A stretch of 64,000 nt of DNA, taken from NCBI GenBank assembly GCA_025354405.1, contig JANXMY010000042.1, forward strand, positions 13,615-77,614, written 5' to 3'. The notes under the pieces are model-generated. The model was given only the letters and a program-made list of their open reading frames with translations, searched no databases and was not told the origin of the DNA. Shown here one piece after another: positions 29,667 through 38,392 of the stretch. This DNA comes from Armatimonadota bacterium (GTDB lineage: Bacteria; Armatimonadota; Armatimonadia; Armatimonadales; Capsulimonadaceae). Positions within the stretch are counted from its first letter, which is position 1. Each line of letters starts with the position of its first letter. A program made the position numbers and the translations under genes.

Positions 29667-30572
29667 ATGCACTTCCCCACGACCGAACCAACCATGCTGG
29701 ACAGCCTAGAGCAGATTCTTGCCGATTCCGGCGATCCCCTTCCCCTGCCGCAGGTGGTGTTTCGTATCGGCCAGCTGACGGCGAATCCGAAAGCGACCGC
29801 AGTCGATTTGGAAAGGCTGATCGGGATCGACCCGGCTCTAGCAGCACGAGTGCTGGCACTGGCGAACTCGAACTACTACAGCCTGGCGGGTCAGATCTCC
29901 AGTCTGCACGAAGCCGTGGTCTTTCTAGGCATCAAAACCCTGCGAGACATGGCGGTAGCGATCACAGGCTTCAACCAGTTTCTGGGACGCGGCGATGCGC
30001 CTGCCCTCGCACGGCGCTCCCTATGGCGCCACTCAGTAGATACGGCGCAGTGCGCACGGATCGTCATCGGCGCACTTCCTGCCACGGCTAGGGAGACGGT
30101 CGGAGTGGATCAGGCTTACACGGCAGGCCTTTTGCACGATATTGGAAAGCTGGCACTCGACCATTGCCGCCACGGACTTTTCGTCTCGCTGATGCAGATG
30201 GCTCGTGTCCAGAATGTCCGCTACTACGTCATCGAGGCAGAGGTGATGCCCATCGGACATGCCCAGATTGGGGCTTCGCAGGCGCAGCGATGGAACCTGC
30301 CGCCCACACTCTGCGAATCGATTGCCTATCATCACACGCCCCGGGCGGCGACGATTAGCCCAAAGCTGACGGCAGCGGTGGCGCTGGCGAACGAAATCGC
30401 ACACTTTCTGGAAGACACTCCTTCGGGAGATGCTCCCGTCACTCTGGAAGAACTACTGGCATCCTGCCGGGAATCAATGCTGCCGCTGCGCATTCGTCCG
30501 GAAGCCCTGGAGGGAATTGTCCTTACCTGTCGGTCGGAGATGGAGCAGGGCCTGAGTGCATTGGCTTTTTAG
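29667..30572 (+). CDS. HDOD domain signalling protein
   Basis: LPQVVFRIGQLTANPKATAVDLERLIGIDPALAARVLALANSNYY ... GLLHDIGKLAL. It starts 5 nt after pilB and ends 20 nt before pilT. Confidence 0.8.
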   Translation: MHFPTTEPTMLDSLEQILADSGDPLPLPQVVFRIGQLTANPKATAVDLERLIGIDPALAARVLALANSNYYSLAGQISSLHEAVVFLGIKTLRDMAVAITGFNQFLGRGDAPALARRSLWRHSVDTAQCARIVIGALPATARETVGVDQAYTAGLLHDIGKLALDHCRHGLFVSLMQMARVQNVRYYVIEAEVMPIGHAQIGASQAQRWNLPPTLCESIAYHHTPRAATISPKLTAAVALANEIAHFLEDTPSGDAPVTLEELLASCRESMLPLRIRPEALEGIVLTCRSEMEQGLSALAF

Positions 30573-30592
30573 CCGCATGAGGAAATATTTCA

Positions 30593-32146
30593 ATGATCAT
30601 GAATAATGAAGATCTGCTGCCGCTCACTGCGCACAAAAACGGACGCCCGGGAACAGCAAAAGTCGCCGCGCCTCCGGAAGACGAGATGGACAGCTTTTCC
30701 GCCCGGGTAGCGGACACCTTCGACAGCGTAGATCTTCTGCTGGCGGCGCGGGCGGAAGCAGAGGAGGCCGAGTCAAAAGCAAAGGCGATCGGGGAAACGG
30801 TGCTGCCATTTGTCAAAGAAGACCGAAAAGCCGCCGCGAGGTATTCCCAGCCCGAGGTGACTCCCGAAGGCATTCTACGTAACAAGTTCACGATCGGCGG
30901 CACTGCCGATGACGATGAGTCACCGGCGGCGATGAACATGGGTGGCAGCTCTCTGAGTGCCCTCAGCGATGCTTCCAGTGTACAGACGAAGCTCTCCACC
31001 AAAGACTTCATGAGCGGCGGCGAGGGTGACGACTTCGATTTGATGGCTTCTCGTACCGTTGCCGGCGGCGAGGAGCGCGAACTGGCGGATGTCCATATCG
31101 ATGAGCTGCTTCGGCTGACGGTGCAGTCAGGAGCATCCGACCTGCACCTTTCCGTCGGACGCGCCCCAATGGTGCGGAAGGACGGCAAACTGGTCCCTCT
31201 GCCCTTCGAGCTTGCGCAGGAGCGGGATACACAGCGCATCGTCTTCGATATTCTCAATAACTCGCAGATCGAGAAGTTTGAGCGCACCCATGAATTGGAC
31301 TTCTCCTACGGGGTCAAAGGCGTGGGAAGATTTCGCTTCAACGTCTACCGGCAGCGGTCGTCGGTCGGCTGCGCGATGCGTGTCATTCCGAACGTTGTCC
31401 CGAGCATGGAGCAGCTGAAGCTGCCAGCGGTCATGAGAAGCTTCACGCAGAAACATTCTGGCCTGGTACTCGTTACCGGCCCAACCGGCTCGGGGAAATC
31501 GACGACCATCGCTTCCTTGATCGACATCATCAACTCAGAGCGTGAAGCGCATATTCTGACCATCGAAGACCCGATTGAATACCTGCACAACCACAAGAAG
31601 AGCATGGTCAACCAGCGGGAGCTCGGCACAGATACGGACTCGTTTACGAATGCCCTGCGGGCATCGCTTCGCGAAGATCCGGATGTCATACTTGTCGGCG
31701 AAATGCGCGACTTGGAAACAATCTCCGCTGCGATCACACTCGCAGAGACAGGGCACTTGGTGTTCGCCACCCTGCACACCCGCTCGGCCCCGGCAACGAT
31801 CGACCGTATCGTAGATGTCTTCCCTGCGCATCAGCAGGAACAGATTCGAGTTCAGCTTTCCACCAGTATTGAAGCGGTGGTCTCCCAGCAGCTGCTGCCA
31901 AAGATCGGTGGTGGCCGCGTGGCGGCGATCGAGATCATGGTCGCGACCAGTGCGCTCCGAAATTTGATTCGCGAGGGAAAAAGCTACCAAATCTACTCAG
32001 TCATCGAGACCGGCCATCAGTACGGAATGCAGGCGATGGATCGAGTACTGGCCGACCTGCATCGCAGCGGCCAGGTGACATTTGAAGAAGCAGCAACACG
32101 GGCGGTTGACCGGGAAAACTTCCAGCGGCTGGTGAAAGGGTATTAA
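30593..32146 (+). CDS. pilT: PilT-family retraction ATPase with ~165-aa acidic N-terminal extension
   Basis: Walker A GPTGSGKST and the PilT signature ALRNLIREGK. The core starts near residue 168. The ATG at 30593 has a GAGGAA SD. Internal Met151 (31043) is an alternative start. Confidence 0.85.
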   Translation: MIMNNEDLLPLTAHKNGRPGTAKVAAPPEDEMDSFSARVADTFDSVDLLLAARAEAEEAESKAKAIGETVLPFVKEDRKAAARYSQPEVTPEGILRNKFTIGGTADDDESPAAMNMGGSSLSALSDASSVQTKLSTKDFMSGGEGDDFDLMASRTVAGGEERELADVHIDELLRLTVQSGASDLHLSVGRAPMVRKDGKLVPLPFELAQERDTQRIVFDILNNSQIEKFERTHELDFSYGVKGVGRFRFNVYRQRSSVGCAMRVIPNVVPSMEQLKLPAVMRSFTQKHSGLVLVTGPTGSGKSTTIASLIDIINSEREAHILTIEDPIEYLHNHKKSMVNQRELGTDTDSFTNALRASLREDPDVILVGEMRDLETISAAITLAETGHLVFATLHTRSAPATIDRIVDVFPAHQQEQIRVQLSTSIEAVVSQQLLPKIGGGRVAAIEIMVATSALRNLIREGKSYQIYSVIETGHQYGMQAMDRVLADLHRSGQVTFEEAATRAVDRENFQRLVKGY

Positions 32147-32202
32147 GCAGCACGTTTCTTTCTCGAAAATCGCGGGTAAATACCGGCTGACAGAGAGTTA
32201 CG

Positions 32203-32751
32203 ATGACCACAGACGGTCAGAAAGAGAGCTGCCAAATGTCAGATTTAATTACCGGAATGTTCCGTGACCGTGTTTCCGCCGAGCGTGCCGTAGCCGATTT
32301 GCAGGGCGAGGGCTACTCACAAAATGACATCAGTATCATGATGCATGATCAGACCCGTGCGCGGGAATTTGCTGTCGATACCGGCAGCAAGGCCACCGAG
32401 GGCGCGGGTGTTGGAGCCGGGATCGGGGGAACGCTGGGCGCAATCGTAGCGGCGGTGACTGCAACTGGCAGCGTCGTGGCGATCGCGGCGACTGGCGGCC
32501 TGGCGGCCCCTCTGGTTGCGGGACCACTGGCTGCAGCCCTAGCCGGAGCCGGTGTGGGCGGGCTGGGTGGCGGGCTGATCGGCGGGCTGATCGGAGCCGG
32601 TATTCCCAAGGACCGAGCCACGCAGTACGAGACGGATCTTTCCACCGGGGGCATTCTGGTCGGTGTCCACGTAGAGGGGATAAACGCCGGGCGTGTCCAG
32701 CAGATCCTCATGTCGGAGGGGGCGACCGACGTCCAGGGGGAAGTGGTCTAA
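32203..32751 (+). CDS. Glycine-zipper membrane protein with YflT/GSP17M-like N-terminal domain
   Basis: GMFRDRVSAERAVADLQGEGYSQNDISIM followed by long GxxxG-type Gly/Ala-rich hydrophobic stretches. Confidence 0.5.
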   Translation: MTTDGQKESCQMSDLITGMFRDRVSAERAVADLQGEGYSQNDISIMMHDQTRAREFAVDTGSKATEGAGVGAGIGGTLGAIVAAVTATGSVVAIAATGGLAAPLVAGPLAAALAGAGVGGLGGGLIGGLIGAGIPKDRATQYETDLSTGGILVGVHVEGINAGRVQQILMSEGATDVQGEVV

Positions 32752-32754
32752 CCG

Positions 32755-35703
32755 CTAAGCCTCTTTGTCTTTCGCCCGCCGCTTCGCTTCCAAAAGGCGG
32801 TTTGTGTAGTCCTCTTCTGCGGAGGCCTCAGCCCCTGGCTTCACCGCTGGGGGCTTTGCTTTGGGCGGCAGGGAAACGACATAGGGAAACGGATCATCCT
32901 CCGCGTCTTCTACCCGCGACGCGCGGCGGTTGAGCAGCTGCGCAGTGGTCGTCGCCGACTCTTCAGGGCTGTTGATTCGCGCAGCGGTTTTGCGCTCGAG
33001 CAGCCGGTTCATCTGCGGTGTCGACGGCACCTGGGCGGTGCGGGCCGAAGTGTCACGCAGGGCAGCAACTCTGGCACCCACACTCTGTGCTCCCTGCGTA
33101 ACGCTCTCCCGAACCCGGGAGGGACGGATAATCAGCCTCCGGATCGCGACATCGGTCAGAAAAAGCAGCGCACACACCAGCAAAAGCAGCGGGCCGATGT
33201 CACGCACTCCGACGACCCAGGATTTGGCATCACGGAAGATGCGCGTGGGATCAGTCTGAATTTTGCCGCCAGTATTCTCGGCAAGACGGGTCAGAAGCGG
33301 CAGGTTCGGGCCGAGTGTCCGATATTCCGGCGAGTAAGGCACGACGAGGCTCACCGTCTGGGACGGCGGTGCCGGTCCGCCGGGGGTCGGCTGACCTCGA
33401 TGAACATTCACCAGGTAAGGCCCGGTCTGGTCGGCATCAAAAACGCCTTCGTAGCGTCCCGGTCCGGTCTGCGCGAGGGTGACAGGCTTCAAAGAAAGAT
33501 CAGGGGCGACCACGCTGGCCGTGATGCTGGCCTGGTTAACAAAGCCGCCGGCGGCGGTAAAGGCATCCACGACCAGATGGCCCTTGCCATTTTCATTCTC
33601 GAGGGTGCTTTGAAAATCCGCCGCCGTGTTCTGGCGCAGGGACCAGCGCAGGGCCTGTGACCAGAATCGGGAGTAGCCGGGCCAGTTCAGCCAGTGAATG
33701 GCCCAGTGCGGGCGGTCATCGCTGGTAAACGCAAACGACCGCCCAAGGCCGTAGCGCCAGTAAGCAAAGATGGGGTCGCGATGATCGGTTGCAGTCAGAG
33801 CGACGGTCGCCCCCGCCTTTGCGGCGCTCACGTTGTAGCCCAGCAGGGCGGGCTGGCTGCCCCAGTCAATACCGCCGATCACTTCATCATTGGGAATGGG
33901 CTGTGCGCGAAACGGCTCTTCAATAATCCGCAGCTTGCTGACCGACTGCTGATCTTTGAGAAGCAGTCGCGGCAGATCTTCCGACTTTTCCGCGACATAG
34001 GCCGTCCCGCCGCCAATAGAGGCCAGCGATGCCAAGAACTGTGCCCCCTGGGCATCCGCCCCGGTGGCAACTGTCGAAAGCGTGACCCCCATACTCCGCA
34101 GCTTTTGCAGACTGGCGGAGTTTTGCCCCGACTCGCTGATCGCGTCCCCGTCTCCCAGGAAGATAATATGCTTGATCTGGGCATTCGTGCTGCCCAAAAC
34201 ACGAGCGGCTTCCATGATATACGGATCGTACATCGGAGGGTCGTTCATGTCGGTCAGAGTCGCCATCATGCTCTTGATTTTGGCTCGGTCGGTGACATAC
34301 TGCATCGGAATCCGCCAGGTCCCGTTGCAGTCTTCGACCCCAATCTGGTCCTGCGGATCCAGTAAATCTACCGTCGCTTTGGCGGCTTCAATCGACATAT
34401 TAACATTGCCCGGCTCTTCCAGATCTTCGATCACCAGGGCCACAGCGACGGTTGGAAAGCGCTTCTTATCTTTGATATCCATCTTAACCGGCAGAGCCGC
34501 TTCAATAGGCGTTCCGGTGTACTGCCCGGCGGCGTAGGAATTTGGACCACCGATCATACCGAGGCCGACTCCGAATTCTTTGGTAGCCGCTTCCAAAGCA
34601 CTCATCTGGGCAGGTCCCACCTCCTCGGCAGGGACATCAGACAGCACAACGGCGTCATAAGAGGCCAGAGCGGCAACGCTCGCTGGAATACCCCCAGGGG
34701 TCTGGATATTCATGTCGATCTGCTGCGCCGACAGTGCATTTTTGATCGTACCAAGGGATGAGTCCATCTTATCCGTAACATACAAAACCCGTGGACGACC
34801 CTGAATAGCGACATAACCGTACCCATGATTGTTTTCTGCGACGGTGTCATTCGGCGCTGTCAAAACGGCATCATATTTGTGAAACCCTGCTTCGTGGACT
34901 TTTTGGGGGAATGTGAACGCATTTTTTCCGGCCTTAAGCTGCACGGCCTGTGTCCCAAGCGGCTGTCCATCGCGGGTGAGGGTTAAGCTCCCCGCCTGCG
35001 AAACGGTGCTGGAAACGACAACCTTCAGACTGAACGGGGCATCCTGCCGAGCATGGGTCGGCAGGGTAACGTTATCCACCATCGCTTCGCCGACCGGGGT
35101 GCCGTTTTGTTCCTGCTCTAGAGCAGTGGGTGCGATATCTACCCGAACCCCAGACGCCCGCAGGCCATCTATCTCGCTTTCCGCTTCCCCGACATTCTCG
35201 TTGCCATCGGAAAGTACGACGATTTTCCGGCCCATTCCAGTTGGAAACGAAGACTGCGCCAGCCTCAGTGCGTCCGCCAAATTCGTGGCATCACCCGCGA
35301 CGGAGGCTTTGCCCTGCTCCAGTGACTGCATGGTTTCGGAGGGAGCCTCATCTACGGTGGCTGTTCGCCCAAACTCGACCACCCCACCCTGATCCCCCGT
35401 GCGCTTGCCGCCAAGAGCTTTTGTAACATACTCCCGCCCTGCGGCCTGCTGATCGGGACGTACAGATTTAGAAACATCGAGCAGGAAGATCGTCGCCAGC
35501 TTGTCTGATCGCTGCACGGTGTGAATACCCGCAATCGCGCAGAGGAGCAGCGTGGCCAGGAGGCAGCGGACACCCAGTGCCAGTCGCGCCGTACCAGGAT
35601 TGAGACCTGCATAAGAATGCCGCCCCAGCCACCAGAAAGCAGCGAGCACGAGAGGGATCAGGAGGAGGAGCCAGGGTCGGTCGAATGTGAGAGGAGCTTG
35701 CAT
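32755..35703 (-). CDS. Large BatA-N / multi-vWA domain membrane protein (982 aa)
   Basis: The N-terminus (FDRPWLLLLIPLVLAAFWW) is the aerotolerance BatA-type motif. There are several vWA-like blocks (IFLLDVSKS, VVLSDGNEN, IIFLGDGDA), a C-terminal TM and a Lys-rich tail. Confidence 0.7.
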   Translation of the reverse strand: MQAPLTFDRPWLLLLIPLVLAAFWWLGRHSYAGLNPGTARLALGVRCLLATLLLCAIAGIHTVQRSDKLATIFLLDVSKSVRPDQQAAGREYVTKALGGKRTGDQGGVVEFGRTATVDEAPSETMQSLEQGKASVAGDATNLADALRLAQSSFPTGMGRKIVVLSDGNENVGEAESEIDGLRASGVRVDIAPTALEQEQNGTPVGEAMVDNVTLPTHARQDAPFSLKVVVSSTVSQAGSLTLTRDGQPLGTQAVQLKAGKNAFTFPQKVHEAGFHKYDAVLTAPNDTVAENNHGYGYVAIQGRPRVLYVTDKMDSSLGTIKNALSAQQIDMNIQTPGGIPASVAALASYDAVVLSDVPAEEVGPAQMSALEAATKEFGVGLGMIGGPNSYAAGQYTGTPIEAALPVKMDIKDKKRFPTVAVALVIEDLEEPGNVNMSIEAAKATVDLLDPQDQIGVEDCNGTWRIPMQYVTDRAKIKSMMATLTDMNDPPMYDPYIMEAARVLGSTNAQIKHIIFLGDGDAISESGQNSASLQKLRSMGVTLSTVATGADAQGAQFLASLASIGGGTAYVAEKSEDLPRLLLKDQQSVSKLRIIEEPFRAQPIPNDEVIGGIDWGSQPALLGYNVSAAKAGATVALTATDHRDPIFAYWRYGLGRSFAFTSDDRPHWAIHWLNWPGYSRFWSQALRWSLRQNTAADFQSTLENENGKGHLVVDAFTAAGGFVNQASITASVVAPDLSLKPVTLAQTGPGRYEGVFDADQTGPYLVNVHRGQPTPGGPAPPSQTVSLVVPYSPEYRTLGPNLPLLTRLAENTGGKIQTDPTRIFRDAKSWVVGVRDIGPLLLLVCALLFLTDVAIRRLIIRPSRVRESVTQGAQSVGARVAALRDTSARTAQVPSTPQMNRLLERKTAARINSPEESATTTAQLLNRRASRVEDAEDDPFPYVVSLPPKAKPPAVKPGAEASAEEDYTNRLLEAKRRAKDKEA

Positions 35704-35733
35704 AGGATTCAGGATGAGAATGACGAAAAAGCT

Positions 35734-35812
35734 AGGACCATGCCCGAAAGGACCATGCCGTGAACGGCACGGCTAATCGGCGCGGACGCCGAGAACTCCC
35801 GCTTCGCGGGAC
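35734..35812. repeat. Left 79-bp terminal inverted repeat of the RAYT/IS200-like unit
   Basis: About 90 percent identical by eye to the reverse complement of 36270-36348. It contains the hairpin TCCCGC ttcg GCGGGA. Confidence 0.85.
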
Positions 35813-36220
35813 TCGGAGTGGGCTTCCCAATCGGTGGTGTATTCTATATTTCGAGAAAGCGAACCGACGGCATGGTGCTCTTTTTGGTGATCGACATACT
35901 TGGCTACGCCTGATAGTCTTTCCAAGTCACCAGTAAAGGCAATCCGTGATTGACAACACTTCGGGCAGATGGCTGATAAAATGTGCGGAAGCGCCTTTGA
36001 TCTCGTTCATGAAATTCACGGGCGACAGAACGGCCGGTAAGCTTACTACGGGATGAACATGGTCAGACATTCCATTTAGCGCATAAATTGTCACGCGCAG
36101 GTCCGAACAACGCTGCCGTATATAGCAGTACAAGAACTGCTCCATCACGCTCGTAGCAAATGGCTCACACTTGCGTGTCGCCCACACAAAATGACGAAAA
36201 GTCTACTGATAATCTCCCAT
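35773..36220 (-). pseudogene. Decayed IS200/IS605-type Y1 (HUH) transposase / REP-associated tyrosine transposase-like gene
   Basis: HUH motif (SDHVHPVV) and a C-terminal AKYVDHQKEHH tyrosine motif. There is an in-frame TAG at 36203-36205 and a 1-nt frame change near 35927-35935. It would be about 149 aa if repaired. Confidence 0.75.
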
Positions 36221-36269
36221 TGGAGCACCCTCCCTGCCTAGATCTGCGCATCCCTGCTGGCATATCTTA

Positions 36270-36348
36270 GTCCCACGAAGCGGGAGTTCTCGGCGTCTGC
36301 GCCGATTGGCCGTGCCGTTCGCGGCATGGTCTTCCGCGGCATGGTCCT
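36270..36348. repeat. Right 79-bp terminal inverted repeat of the RAYT/IS200-like unit
   Basis: Its reverse complement matches 35734-35812. Confidence 0.85.
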
Positions 36349-36424
36349 AATCTTCCTTCTCACCAATCTTTCCATAGTATACCATGAGGTATTATAATCC
36401 TGTGGAAAGAGCGTGTAAAAGAAG

Positions 36425-37984
36425 ATGTCAGAAACAACCTATGATGCAATCGTGATCGGGGCCGGACATAACGGCCTGGTCTGTGCCTGCTACCTCGCGA
36501 AGGCGGGTTATAAAGTCTTAGTATTGGAGCGTCGGCCGGTAGTCGGCGGGGCTGTCTGCACGGAGGAGATCTGGCCGGGATACAAAATTGATGTTGGCTC
36601 ATCGGTACATCTGATGATCCACCGGACACCGATTATCGCAGACCTGGAGCTGGAGCGATACGGGCTGGAATATATCGAAATGGACCCCTGGGCTGCCCTG
36701 CCCCTGCCGGGTGGCAAGGCGATCTGTTTCCACCGAGATCTGCGCAAAACCTGCGAGAGTATTGCCCAGGTATCGCCGCGCGATGCGGCTGCCTACGAAG
36801 AGTTTGTCGCCCGCTGGCTGCCGGTCACCCGCGGTGTATTTGAGGCATTCCAGAAGCCCCCGACGATGGCAAATTTTGGGCGGCACGTCATTTTCGCGAA
36901 GTCGCCAGGGCGGAATACGTCGGATGCCCTGCGCCTGATTCTTTCCAGCTACGGACGATTGATCAAAGAAACATTTGAGAGCGCGGAGATGCGGGCTGCC
37001 ATGGGCTGGCTGGCGGCGCAGTCCGGTCCGGCCCCGAACGAGCCGGGGACAGGGCCATTCGCTGCCTGGTGGGGAGCCGTACACGAGACCGGCGCAAAGC
37101 GGGCGAAGGGCGGATCCGGCATGCTGACGGTCGCCCTGCGAAGGGCGTTTGAAGCGCTGGGTGGCACCGTGCTGACAGATGCCCCCGCGGAGCGCATTTG
37201 GATGGAAAACGGAGCGGCAAAGGGTGTCGTGGTGGGTGGGCAAACCTATTTCGCCCCTGCCGTCGTCTCGGCTTGTCATGTGCTCACGACGTTCCAAAAG
37301 CTGCTGTCGCCGGAGGATCTGCCGGGAGATTTGGGGCAGCGCTTGGCGGCGCTGAATGTTGGAAACGGCTTTGGCATGACCGTCCGATGCGCGGCGTCCG
37401 AGCTGCCGGATTACGGAGCGGGTCAGCCGCACGAGGTGCATCAGAGCATGCAGCTGCTTTGCCCCACCCCGGAGTTTTTAACCGATGCTTACGCAGACTA
37501 TGCCGGTGGGAATCCTTCCCGAAAGCCACCCGTACTCGCTATGACATTTTCTGCCCTGGACAGTACGCTAGCTCCGCCGGGAAAGCACACAGTTCAGCTC
37601 TGGTCCCAGTATTTTCCCTACGACCGTGCCGACGGACGCTCGTGGGACGACACTCGGGAGGAGGTCGCCGATTCGATCTGCGAGACTCTCTACACGTATG
37701 CCCCAAATATGCGCGGGGCTATCGAGAGCCGCTTTATTCAGACGCCGCTGGACCTGGAGCGGACTTTAGGTTTGCTTCGAGGCAATGTCATGCACCTTGA
37801 GATGTCGCTGGACCAGATGTTCTCATTTCGCCCTCTGCCGGAACTGTCCGAGTATAAAACGGCTATCCCTGGTCTATTTTTAACTGGAGCCAGCACCCAT
37901 CCCGGCGGCGGCGTATTCGGGGCGTCGGGAGTGAGTGCGGCACGAGTGGTCGGGGGTGCGTTGAAGAAAAAACGGAAACGTTGA
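36425..37984 (+). CDS. Phytoene-desaturase-family (CrtI-like, COG1233) FAD-dependent oxidoreductase
   Basis: YDAIVIGAGHNGLVCACYLAKAGYKVLVLERRPVVGGA dinucleotide fold and a C-terminal GLFLTGASTHPGGGV. Confidence 0.8.
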   Translation: MSETTYDAIVIGAGHNGLVCACYLAKAGYKVLVLERRPVVGGAVCTEEIWPGYKIDVGSSVHLMIHRTPIIADLELERYGLEYIEMDPWAALPLPGGKAICFHRDLRKTCESIAQVSPRDAAAYEEFVARWLPVTRGVFEAFQKPPTMANFGRHVIFAKSPGRNTSDALRLILSSYGRLIKETFESAEMRAAMGWLAAQSGPAPNEPGTGPFAAWWGAVHETGAKRAKGGSGMLTVALRRAFEALGGTVLTDAPAERIWMENGAAKGVVVGGQTYFAPAVVSACHVLTTFQKLLSPEDLPGDLGQRLAALNVGNGFGMTVRCAASELPDYGAGQPHEVHQSMQLLCPTPEFLTDAYADYAGGNPSRKPPVLAMTFSALDSTLAPPGKHTVQLWSQYFPYDRADGRSWDDTREEVADSICETLYTYAPNMRGAIESRFIQTPLDLERTLGLLRGNVMHLEMSLDQMFSFRPLPELSEYKTAIPGLFLTGASTHPGGGVFGASGVSAARVVGGALKKKRKR

Positions 37985-38000
37985 AGAAGAAACTGAAACG

Positions 38001-38237
38001 TTAGTGGACACCTTCCCATTCTAATTCTTCCCACTGCGGATCAAGCGTGCCGGTCGCCAGGTGATCGTAGACGCGGTTCAGGCGTACGACCGGCTGACGA
38101 CGCGCCCAGGCATAAAAGCGCGCAGCGGCGTCCCGCAGTGTGATGTTTTCCGGGGCATAGGGTGCGGAAACCTGGAGAAAGGTGCCGAGCATTTCGACCA
38201 GGCTCGTTTCTGTTTGTGCCATCGGGGACGGATTCAT
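38001..38237 (-). CDS. Small hypothetical protein (78 aa)
   Basis: An ORF only, divergent from the MraZ-STAS gene. No family is recognised. Confidence 0.35.
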   Translation of the reverse strand: MNPSPMAQTETSLVEMLGTFLQVSAPYAPENITLRDAAARFYAWARRQPVVRLNRVYDHLATGTLDPQWEELEWEGVH

Positions 38238-38392
38238 GGGTTACCTGCTCCTTGAGTTATTGAGATGTGCACTTTTACCCCTCCCACTGCCAGGGTCTAA
38301 CAAATAATCGTGCCGCCCTGTGCCACAAAGTGACATACTTGGTGCCGAAGTTGGGTATAGTATTCCCGCACGGAGTTTCCAGTGGGACATCT

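Noticed and set aside
30523-31287. 254-aa minus-strand ORF opposite the pilT N-terminal extension
   Set aside because: It is Ser/Arg/Ala-rich and low-complexity with no start context, and it continues into the conserved PilT core on the other strand. I kept it only as a caveat for the PilT-extension finding.
33694-34365. 223-aa plus-strand ORF, together with others at 32930, 33400, 34064 and 34913
   Set aside because: All are antisense to the long vWA gene, which has a coherent domain structure.
36599-37441. 280-aa minus-strand ORF
   Set aside because: It is antisense to the CrtI-like oxidoreductase and has Arg-rich shadow composition.
38267-38392. 42-aa extension of the MraZ-STAS ORF, and likewise 42882-42917 for ndh
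   Set aside because: MraZ proteins start at MF-G, and NDH-2 starts just before the GGGFSG fold. The extensions lack an SD and any conservation logic.
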